The notes under the pieces: model-generated
What the model saw: only the letters and a program-made list of their open reading frames with translations
Databases searched by the model: none
Told to the model about the DNA's origin: nothing
Program-made: the position numbers and the translations under genes
Shown: piece by piece, positions 23,670 through 33,533 of the stretch
Layout of the letters: every line of letters begins with the position of its first letter
How positions within the stretch are numbered: position 1 is the first letter of the stretch
Source: Lepidodermella squamata
Lineage: Eukaryota > Animalia > Gastrotricha
DNA: 64,000 nucleotides
Reading direction: 5' to 3'
Assembly (NCBI GenBank): GCA_047495785.1
Contig: JBLDXI010000001.1
Coordinates: 3,906,001-3,970,000, forward strand

Positions 23670-24531
23670 CTTTCAGCATAGATAATATGTTGAAATTTTG
23701 CAACATTTTATCTTCAGTTATATAGTCCCGGTTCATCCGCCTTGTACGGAGTGGATAGATAGGAATGGTAACACTGGTGGTCTTATCTTTTCCCAAAAAA
23801 ACAGGAAACTTCGGACTCGCCGGACAAATCTAGCCCTTTTGCTTAAGCAAAAAGCGTGAAAGCCAGTTCAATGAAGCGTTTTCCTATTGATATGAGCGGT
23901 ATTGAAGTTAAATGCCAAAAATGACAGATAAGCCTTAACGTGCTACGCCAGCAAACTTGATTTCATGCAATAATCCTTGTTCCCTTTATGCGCATGGAGA
24001 CTTCAGCTTCTATAGTTTCAGTTTTCCAGCTTGAAGGCTCAACTGCTTTGTTGATGATTCGCTATTTCGCTACATCAGATTAAAACTGTTGCGGCTTAAA
24101 ATTTCGTTCCTTTTCATGGTTTTTCAGCAATTTTATGAACAGGTGTGCTCGAAATACATGATAAAACCTTTATTTCCCAGAAATATGAATCGGCGCTTAG
24201 GAAAATATTTAGGAAAGTTGAATGAAGAATGAGTAGAGCTATTCGTTATGTTTATCATTGTTTTTTGCAAGAAAAATAATCATTGAAATTGTTTTTCTTG
24301 GGCAAATTTCGATATATTCACCTCACTTCATGAGATGATCATCAGTTGATCACAAGGGCGTGATCATGATAAAAGCTCATCAGCTAGGCATGATTGGATT
24401 CTAAATTTGACTCGTGATCTCACTTGTACGTGTCTCAGGCGACGAAAAGCGTGGTAGCTTTAAAAACAATAATTCTGCACAATTCAGTTTCTAATTATGG
24501 ATTTGTCATAGATGCAATGCTTCTGGCGAAA

Positions 24532-26838
24532 TTAACTGCTGAAAATAGCTTGCATGAAGTAAAGTGAAATCGCAATTGAAAAGCATAGACTTAGGCAAGC
24601 TAGCATGACTGCCTTCGAAGGGGCGGAACTCAGTACGACACTCAGCAGAACGCTCAAAATCAGCAACATGAGCACATTCACCAGAAGTGTCTGCAAGGAC
24701 TTGAACATGCCCAAGGTTTTCAGACCAGCTTGACGGCGCGATTTCAACAATACCCAGACACAAAGGATGAGAAGAGCGATGAAATAACAGCCAGCAAATA
24801 CAGCAGACCAAGTTAAATAAGTCTCAGACGTACAAATCCAGTATAACTGGCGATCGAAAGTGTCGTTTTCCACAACTTCGGTAAGCTTAGATGACAGCTG
24901 GACAGTGTCAACTCGGATGGTTTTTGAACCTAACCATATAGCAAGTAGAATCCCGGTCAGAATCGGAGCAAAAGGAATAGTTCGGCAGGCCACCTTTTTG
25001 GCATCTGTCCTACTCGCTCCACCGATTGCCTCGGTTGGGTACTTTTTCAAAACACTTGCAGTTGATGGCGTCGATTTCAACTGAGTTCTAGGGCCGATGC
25101 TGTGAAACGTTACACTTTTTGTAGCAGCGTCTGTCTTCTCGTAAGCAAATCGGACGTTGACAACAGAATAAACCGCGTTGATCACAAATGACGTCAGAAA
25201 AGCAAAAGCAAGAGCGACTATGGCTGGTTTCACGTAACAGACAGTCAGCGAGTCCTCTAGCGTGAAAATTGTAGCACTGATATCGAAAAGCAAAGCCGAA
25301 ATTCCAATACAGGACAATGATTCGAAGTTAGGTCTGCCGCGAGATGAATTTCTTATATGAAAGATACTCATAAGCGCGAAGTTGCCAATAGCAAATATAC
25401 AACTCAAGGCTATAACAAAATCATGGAACCAGGGCGTCACAGGAACGTAGATATCGTTGATGACTGTTCGATCATTTTGAGGCATGCCATTCTTCGTAAA
25501 CCATTTTATAGGGCTCTGAAGTTCAAAGTAATGATTTGCGAGATTAAAAGGATCCTTGCCTTTTACGACCTTCGATCGGTAGAAAAATATTGAATTTGTT
25601 TCTGGGGTCCAGCGGGAAATCGCCTGAACTTCAGCAGGGTCGATTTCCAGGGTCGAATCGTATTCGAAACTTTTCAACCGCAAACCGTCGAATTTAGATT
25701 TAGCTACTGAATCATTGACGATTTTCATAACCAACTCTGGTTCTGTCAAATATGACTTGATGCTTTTATTCATTCCCCTGAGAATCTTCTCAGTGTTTTC
25801 GAACGCAAGCAATGAGATCAGCGCGGAGTCGTGGCAGAACATTCGCTGGCCAATGTCAGCTGGATTTTTGCCCCCAGTGACTTCTTTGAATCTATCGTTG
25901 AAGTAGTTCAGGTTGTAGCCGCCTGACGTTGTTCGATTCGAAAATTCCAGATCGACAGGCTGCCAACCTGTCCAAAAGCTGTAACGAAACTGCTCGCGAA
26001 TTATCACCTTGGTGCAGCCTGCTCCTAGATCTTGGTTGACTTCATCGGGGTTGAAAAAGGCTTGATACATCAGGATGAACGTGTACTTCGGTCCAGTTAG
26101 ACCAAATCGATAAGCCATGCAGAGGAATGTCGTTACAAAAGTTGGGTTCGTTGTCTGGACATTGATAACGCGTGGATCTGAGGCAGCGATTTGCTCCATG
26201 AAGGGTTCGGTGACTTGAAATGCGAGGTCAAAATGCGACACGGTTAGATTGTTCAACTTCGCTTCATCCAGAATCTTCGTCGCAAGGCGGTAGTCGAAGT
26301 TATTTTCCGAATAGGTGACCATAGCGAAGCGAATCCACCCTCCGATTTGTTTTATGAAATTCAAGATTGGGTAGGCCAATGTGTAGGCAGTTGCCGAAAT
26401 TCGATAGGTGTTGGGGTAACGGTTTCTTTTCCGAGAATAGTCAACGGAATTACAGCCTGGAGCGACTTGGACCAAATTGAAGTACTTCGCTGCTTGCGCG
26501 AAAGCTCCACAGCCAGCAGAATAAAGTGGTCCTATCGTTATTGGTGCAGGCATTGTTCCATCAGGTGGAGGATCGTTCCGTCGGAGAAATTCAACAACCC
26601 TGCGTAGAAGAAGTCGGCTACCACCCGCTTCGTCCTGAAAATCGGGCTTCACCCAGTAGTCTGACAAAACTTTCGTTCGCTCGTTGAATTCATCGATTGC
26701 TATCTGAATACCAGCTCGGCAAGCATCCCCATTGCGAACTCCATCACCAGTTTGGACGATGGTGGCTAGAAAGGTTATGTTAAACCGCTGTGCAGTTGCC
26801 GTAGCAAGAAACACCGCGAATAGCACGAAAAAGACCAT
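24532..26838 (-). CDS. Divergent class C GPCR (GABA-B-like Venus flytrap + 7TM), intronless, no C-terminal tail
   Basis: Signal peptide MVFFVLFAVFLATATA. ANF-receptor-type motifs AIDEFNER..L..Y, IGPLYSAGC, YPNTYR, CMAYRFGLTGPKYTFI. No Cys-rich domain. Seven hydrophobic helices with TM3 and ECL2 cysteines. The stop follows TM7 directly. Confidence 0.8.
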   Translation of the reverse strand: MVFFVLFAVFLATATAQRFNITFLATIVQTGDGVRNGDACRAGIQIAIDEFNERTKVLSDYWVKPDFQDEAGGSRLLLRRVVEFLRRNDPPPDGTMPAPITIGPLYSAGCGAFAQAAKYFNLVQVAPGCNSVDYSRKRNRYPNTYRISATAYTLAYPILNFIKQIGGWIRFAMVTYSENNFDYRLATKILDEAKLNNLTVSHFDLAFQVTEPFMEQIAASDPRVINVQTTNPTFVTTFLCMAYRFGLTGPKYTFILMYQAFFNPDEVNQDLGAGCTKVIIREQFRYSFWTGWQPVDLEFSNRTTSGGYNLNYFNDRFKEVTGGKNPADIGQRMFCHDSALISLLAFENTEKILRGMNKSIKSYLTEPELVMKIVNDSVAKSKFDGLRLKSFEYDSTLEIDPAEVQAISRWTPETNSIFFYRSKVVKGKDPFNLANHYFELQSPIKWFTKNGMPQNDRTVINDIYVPVTPWFHDFVIALSCIFAIGNFALMSIFHIRNSSRGRPNFESLSCIGISALLFDISATIFTLEDSLTVCYVKPAIVALAFAFLTSFVINAVYSVVNVRFAYEKTDAATKSVTFHSIGPRTQLKSTPSTASVLKKYPTEAIGGASRTDAKKVACRTIPFAPILTGILLAIWLGSKTIRVDTVQLSSKLTEVVENDTFDRQLYWICTSETYLTWSAVFAGCYFIALLILCVWVLLKSRRQAGLKTLGMFKSLQTLLVNVLMLLILSVLLSVVLSSAPSKAVMLACLSLCFSIAISLYFMQAIFSS

Positions 26839-29397
26839 TGTCCCCCTGAAAAATTTTCTTATTTTTTTACGCAGATGATCGTTTTGACGCGTCATTTTTG
26901 CGGTATCGCGAAGCTCTTTCGCGAGATTAGTTCGCCTCCAGGGGCTTTTTTCGTCGATCAAGTGATAAACTGCCCAAAATTGCAGACAACAAAGTCAATT
27001 AACTCAATGAGTCTGTTTCCAGTATTCATCAATCAGCCGTAGCATTAGCATTTTGAGGTACGATTAATGTCTATGCGCCATGACTATTCTGACTATTCTG
27101 CCTGAAATGTACTTTCAATCAAACGGAGTGCCGCAAATCACATCACTACACGGTTCGGTAAGGTAAATACACCCCTTCATGAATGAAAAATTCGAATAAG
27201 AGCGATCGGGGGCGTCTTCATACAGGACTGCGCGCAACATGGGATGCCACATGTCACCTACCATTAAGATTGATGATTTATATAGAACATAGTTTGAAAG
27301 TAGAACGGCTTGCTTTGAAAACTCAAAATCCATTTTTTGGGTTTTTCAGCTTTACTATGCAAGCTACCGTAAAAATCAACGGGGGACTTTGCTGACGTTT
27401 TCCGAAACTTGAGCAAGAAACGAACGATGACGAAATGTGCGATACTGATTTACCTTGAGATACATACAGGGCATCATTTATAAATGAAAATAACACGTAG
27501 GAAGCGTGTTAAATTATATTTTCACAAGGACTCATGGTGCATCATACTACAGGCAGTATACTCCCTTCTTGAATAATATCAATCGGCTGCTCGCGAAATG
27601 TCCCATTGTCCCAGTTTGCTTTTTTGTCCCTCGATTTTAAGGTAAACGAATCGCTGCTATGACGAACGGGGCGCACACTGTGCAAAGACATTTTCTCTCT
27701 GCAAACAAGTGACCGTTCCGAAATGGCGCACGGCCATGGGCCATTACGGGCGACTCCCGGATAAATACGCCAGCATGCGCTCTATCTACGTTTTGCGCGT
27801 AACAAATGCATAAACGAAACAACACAAACCCTTTTTATGGCTTTTCCGTGGTTTTTCATCGCCGGGGAAAACAAGAGTAAACCCATTAAAATAAATACTG
27901 ATATAAATGTAATATACGCATAGATGTTTTTGTTTTCAGAGACTCTCGGTGAAGAGATTTTTGTTTAGCTACCCATAATCCATACAAAAAAGTTTATAGC
28001 GATGTTAATTTGGCTGAAGCATGCGAGCTGTGCCTCGCATTTTTCAATAGCCCAAGGGCAGATTTGGGACAAAAGAGCTACTGTAAAAAGGCGTTAAATG
28101 CTTGTCCATGGTGAGTGTCACCCGCGGTCAGTGGATTAAATAAACAATGTTGCTACTCATTATTTTATTTTCAAGCATTGCTTCCGGGCTTGCTCATTAA
28201 CCAGGTGATAACTTATTCTGCATAACTCTATTGTGGACGTAGGAAGTATATTTGTTTTTAATAACAATATGCTTAGCGCAAAAATCCGCCTTAAATTGTT
28301 CGCATTGTTTAATGTATCCATGATACAAGCCCTCGTCTTAATGATGATGATCGTAATCATCATAAATCCACCTAGAAGCAATATACTCAGCATACCTGTG
28401 GTCAAAATTGCCATTGTTTTCACGCGAGCCATTTTAAGGCCGTAATTACCCATTAAAATTGCGCGCGCACAGAAAACGCGTAAATACACATGCATCATAA
28501 AAATGCATGCAAATACAGCCGCTATCGTAAGCTAGAAACGCCTAGAGGCTTAAAAAATTGCGTTTTAAATTCCAATTTATCAACCTGTTATTTACTCACA
28601 TTTTTCGTAAACAAAAAATACCAGCAGAGTCAGCAGAAATTGATTTTTATTTTTTTTTGAATCGCCATATCATGCTATATACATCATTTTTCACACCTGT
28701 TCGCGCCTCAGAAAATTCATTCAGCTCTTCTAAGTAAACACGGACGTGCAATGTGGCGTAAACAAGAATAAACGCGAAAATTATCATGTTCACCATATTT
28801 TTCATAGGCGCGCGTTCGCAATTAAGCATTTTCATGCCGCATTCTCTAAATACAGAATTTAAATTTCAAATTATCTTGCAAAGAAAGCGGTAAAGTTATA
28901 CAGGTAGATAATGCGTTTCGTTAGCTTCACTATAGAATAGTTTCTTCGCTTTTTGTCGCCGCACGCTCGCGCTATTTTGTGAGCGTTAGCACGCGCCTGC
29001 GTTGTTTTAGGCCATCCATCATCCACTTAAAGTTTATTGAAGATCAGCCATCCGAGCCGCGCGTTAGGCGTGTGCTGCTTGTGGTTCAATTTACAATAGC
29101 CGCAAAATTACTCCCGATGCATTTTTGCGCGCCTTTACAGGTGCCTCGTCAGCGCCCGCTTTCAAAAACATACATAGGCATGATTTTCAATTTTTCTTTA
29201 GTTTTTACACGATTCGTTGGTTTTCATAAACGCCTACGCTCTTTTGACGAGGCCTAACCAGGTGTAGCAAAGAAAGCCGTGTCTCTCAAGGAGCTCTCAT
29301 GAACAAAACTAACAAAGCCAGTTTTTCACTTAACCAAGTTTCATTTTCAATTTTACGACTAGGTGTTTACGAGTGATCACGCTCACGCCCTTGTAAA

Positions 29398-31057
29398 ATG
29401 CAGGTTATGTGGGAATCGCTTGCGATTCTCACCATCGTTCGACTGACCGGTGAGTTTTTTCCCCTCTTTTACCTCCTGTTTCATCTTCGACTGTGTCTAC
29501 TAGTGTGTTCGATGGATTACCTCACCGGCCAAAGAGGCGGATGTCCTACTGTTGTTGCTTTCTTCAACATCGCCCCGATTTCACCCTGCTACGGCATGCG
29601 ATGTACCAGGGCTCAATGCCAGGCCGATTGCGACCGGACGAGCGCCTGCGCCGGTTACGAATTTGATGCCCATGAACAGGGAATCGACCAGCCTGGCTAT
29701 TGTTTCATGTTGTCAAAGAACTGTCCATCTCCTCTGAACAAAATAGGCGAGGACTATCGAACAAGGTGGACTTACATGAAGTTACGGATGACTTACAAAG
29801 ACGATTATCCGATCACATTCCGCACCGTCAACGACAACCGTGTGTATCAACCTGGCGGTTCGACTGGCCCCATCGTAAAGATGTCGCCTATTTATAAGCC
29901 TAAGGTTCAATCCAGGAGTTTCACCCGACGAAATTTCCTCAACGGGGAAATCTCTGCAAAAATGCGCTCCGCCTCAAGTATTCCCATGTTTGAACGAAAA
30001 GTCACGAAAGAGGTAATTACGACGCCGAAACCACCACCAAAGGTTTTAGATTTACCGGATTATGTAACTCTACATGGCGGTTGTCCTACTACGAACTCAT
30101 TCCTATCAATGGCGCCATCATTCATCTGTTACGGAAGGCGATGTCACAAGGTCGATTGCGCAAATGCTTGTCTTTCATCTTCGCTTTGCATCGGCTTTGA
30201 ATTTGATGCCTTCGACCAATCTAGTCTGTCGAGCTCTGGCTACTGTTGGCTGCTCAAATCAACGTGCTCAGCTCAGCTGAAGAGCGATGGTGAAGATTTT
30301 GCGACTCGTTACACGTACCTAAGAAAATGGGACGAACGCCCCGCGACTTCATCCGATGTATCTTCGATGGTCATCAATATCGGCGGTGCGACTTCTCTCG
30401 TGGAACAGGCTGCTCGAACTGTCAATCCGATGTTTCCGACAAACAGCGTTCACCCAGTTGAGAATAACTACATAAAGCTGAAAACTTCTCGTGAGGGCAA
30501 TATGGCTTCTTCAGCGGCTAAAAACGAGATAGATATGAGCGTTTCAAATCAACCGCTTGTTCCAAAGATGCAATTTGTCCACGGCTGGAATTTGCAACGT
30601 AAGTCTGTCAAATTTATTACTAGGAAATATTAAGTTATTGAATTTGTTTAGAACCTTATATGATGTCTATCGGGGGATGTAGTTCATCTCCAGGTGGCGG
30701 ATCGTTAGTTTACCTGCCTATGGAGCCACTTCCCGAGGAAGATAACAATGGTACAACAACGCTGGCATCGAAATCAACAGTTTCATCGAGGCAGTGCATG
30801 TATCATCAATGCACGAGATTCGATTGTGAAAATGCGTGTAATCAGCGCTCAGAGTGCGTTGGGTACGAGTTCGCCGCTGTGTCACATGGTCTCACAACTG
30901 TTGGCTATTGCCATTTATTGAAACGACCATGTCCAGCCGATCAGCGATCTGAAGGCGCTGTGTTTTTGACGAGGTAATGATCATTCACAAACTCAGCCGT
31001 AAAATTAACACGAAATTTGAAATTTATTTTAGGCTAACTTACCTCAAAGCCGAATGA
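29398..31057 (+). CDS. Secreted protein with three 8-Cys PAN/apple-like repeats
   Basis: Exons 29398-29449, 29504-30598, 30652-30973 and 31033-31057. Signal peptide, then three repeats Y...GGC...C...C...C...C...C.G(Y/F)EF....GYC.L...C...G..(Y/F).TR.TY.K separated by S/T/P/K-rich linkers. Confidence 0.78.
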
Positions 31058-31564
31058 GAAGCCTTGGTCAACAACTTGATTTTCGACAAGATGGGAAAAG
31101 CTGCCTAAAAGCCTTGTGATCGCCTTTGTTTATGAGAAATTCGTCACTGAGAAGTTTTATGAAACTTTACGCACGCTGGCATATGCTGGGAAAATGTAGA
31201 TATAGACCGTGGAGCTTGTCAGCGATTGAAAATCAAATTATGTTAATCATTTTGTGCCTTCATTCCTTGTTACTTCGTGCCATGTATTAGTAATTGCTAG
31301 GTTTTGCTATATTTGTTGTTCAATCGACGCTATCTGATAACTGACTGTTGTTAGCCATCGGCGAAATTTTGTTACGTGCTAATCAGCTCAAATGGAGAGA
31401 AATTTACGAAGAATAAACAATTGACTGAAGAAAGCTTCGCGCCATAAATAACCATTATAACCTTATAGCAAAGACAAGGTTAAGTTATTCACATCTTGAA
31501 ATGTTTCCAGATTCGTAAGAGTGAAACTGGACCAAATTACTTGGAATTTTTGAATTTTGGTAAA

Positions 31565-31765
31565 TCATGCTCCTCGTAGCGTTGACAGCGTTGCCGACCA
31601 CCCATTTGCCGAGGGTAATTGCAGTTGACGCATGAGGTCTGGGTTTGTCTTTAGGCTCGCAGTCTCCGGTGTGATGTTCACGTGCACACCTTCCGCATTT
31701 TTATCGTTGGTCGGCAGTGTTTGGTCAGATGGTCGTGGCTTTGACAGGCGTTGCACCTGATGAAG
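31565..31765 (-). mobile_element. Decayed non-LTR retrotransposon ORF1 (gag-like) fragment with three zinc knuckles
   Basis: Across frameshifts the minus strand encodes RCNACQSHDHLTKHC (CX2CX4HX4C), KCGRCAREHHTGDC (CX2CX3HX4C) and CVNCNYP..MGGRQRCQRY (degenerate). This is the triple-knuckle arrangement of Jockey/I/R1-type ORF1. Confidence 0.7.
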
Positions 31766-32925
31766 GCCGTTTACGAAAGGGACAAATTCGCGCTTATCGG
31801 CGTGTAATAGCTATGAATATTAACGTGTGAATACTGATATGAAGAAGAGGCGCCTCACCACTGATACAGTATATTGTTCTAGTTCACAGGCAATGCTTCT
31901 TGTATATTTCACCATGTATTTCACGAAATTAAAACGAGAGCTATTTACGACCTCATAGTGTTCCACGCCGCACGCACACGTCGCACATTGAGTATTGATA
32001 GTTCATTCTTCTGAACTTCTCCGTCACAACCACATGATTTGGCAGGCGACCATTTTTCGATAAATAGTTGAGAAATTAGACAATTTTTCGTCCACCATAT
32101 TCCGATAAAGCTCGATGCATGCTCGATGCAGCACCTGCCTCATGCACCTGCCTGATTCTGCTTGCACCCTTCCCCTTGTGAGCCGCCTTGTGGCCCCGCA
32201 AGCATACTGCCTAAGAGCCCTGTGGAGCCTTCCCCATGAAACCCACCCTGTATAGCGAAGAGGCAAAAAACACTGCTCAAGCTGCCGCCTGCATGATCGA
32301 AAGGGATATCGCAGCCAACCAAGTCCAACTGGCTCGATTTGCATTGTCTAAGTCTAACTATTTTTTGGATGGAGAAGTCTTAGCGAAACTCTCCAAAGGA
32401 TCTCCAAAAGATTTTATCGTCAATCAGATCACTTTCCTCGAAGATTTAGACAATTTCGGCGTAATCTGAGCAGTCATTTCGCTTAGAGAGGTCAAAACTT
32501 GGGTGACTTCGTCGAAAATCGCAACGGTTGTAAGTAATTAATACTGCCGCCGACCTTGCAGATTTTACGCACAATTTATGCATAGAATTGTGATTTACTA
32601 TAATTTGATTAATAATTATTAGCATGGCTAAATATTCTCGATAAATGGTGGTGGTGATGGTGGGGCCAAACAAATCTGGCACTCCGTCAAAAACCGGTTG
32701 AGTGCGAACGTCTGCGCTATGCCTGCGTTGTTTTCTTCGATAACGACACGTTCTTGAAGTGCATCCACGCAAACTTGAGTTCGTTAGGGTTGTAATAAAT
32801 TCAGCTCTTAACCGGCTTAATTTGGTCCAGTTTCACTCTTACCACTCTGGAAACATTTCAAGGTGTGAATCACTTAACCTTGTCTTTGCTATTTTGCACC
32901 GTTTAGACTTCCAATTTAATGTTGT

Positions 32926-33285
32926 ATGGGCCGCCTCTATCTTGAGCATCTCGGAGGCGTCCACATCTATTCATGTGGCACGTGCGATACACCGCTGACG
33001 AACAAAAATGAACTAATTTCCACTCGGTTTACCGGTGCCACGGGAAGAGCTTTCCTATTCAACCGCGTCGTTAACCTGGAGTTTTCAGAAGTACAAGAGC
33101 GAGTAATGCTAACCGGTCGGCATATGGTCAGAGATATCATGTGCAAAAAGTGCAAGGCAAAACTCGGTTGGATGTACGAATACGCTGTCGAAGATAGCCA
33201 GCGATACAAAGAAGGCAAAGTCATTCTCGAACGAGCTCTCATCACCGAAGCTGAATCTTTCGAAGACATTCATCCAACACCTTAG
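32926..33285 (+). CDS. YPEL5: Protein yippee-like 5
   Basis: Single coding exon with [25 protein letters not shown], two CxxC pairs and [16 protein letters not shown] 5'-UTR intron lies at about 32863-32907. Confidence 0.95.
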   Translation: MGRLYLEHLGGVHIYSCGTCDTPLTNKNELISTRFTGATGRAFLFNRVVNLEFSEVQERVMLTGRHMVRDIMCKKCKAKLGWMYEYAVEDSQRYKEGKVILERALITEAESFEDIHPTP

Positions 33286-33533
33286 CATATTATTGAATCC
33301 ACGGATGTTGAATTGTTTTTCTCCTACAAAGCCTCCACCTCTCTGTGACCCGTTAATATGAAGATATACGAATGTTTACTATTGAAGAGAAGATACAACT
33401 TAATTTCTATCTTTTTTCTGTACAGAGATCTTATATGATAACTTTCCACTGTAAATGTGCTTGACAAGATTGAAAATTGTTTTATTCTGCTACTTAACGT
33501 TGTGTCTTTATTTTAGGTATGTTTTATTAGACG

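Noticed and set aside
26839-26961. N-terminal extension of the GPCR ORF
   Set aside because: It starts at a TTG. The ATG at 26838 directly precedes a good signal peptide.
27000-29390. Short ORFs in the divergent region between the GPCR and the PAN-like gene
   Set aside because: No domains or consistent splice structure. The region is treated as regulatory/intergenic.
31565-31916. Two-exon small gene on the minus strand (MVKYTRSIAC... with a 48-nt intron)
   Set aside because: The product has no recognisable features, and the same DNA is better explained as a frameshifted LINE ORF1 in other frames.
32236-32469. 77-aa ORF MKPTLYSEE...
   Set aside because: No motif and no supporting exons, with in-frame stops just upstream. 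It may be a relic but cannot be supported.
33286-33533. YPEL5-lipase 1 operon with a trans-splice acceptor (ttttattttag) before the lipase ATG
   Set aside because: A plausible cis donor (GTAAAT, 33451) gives an ordinary ~67-nt 5'-UTR intron, so trans-splicing is not needed to explain the acceptor.
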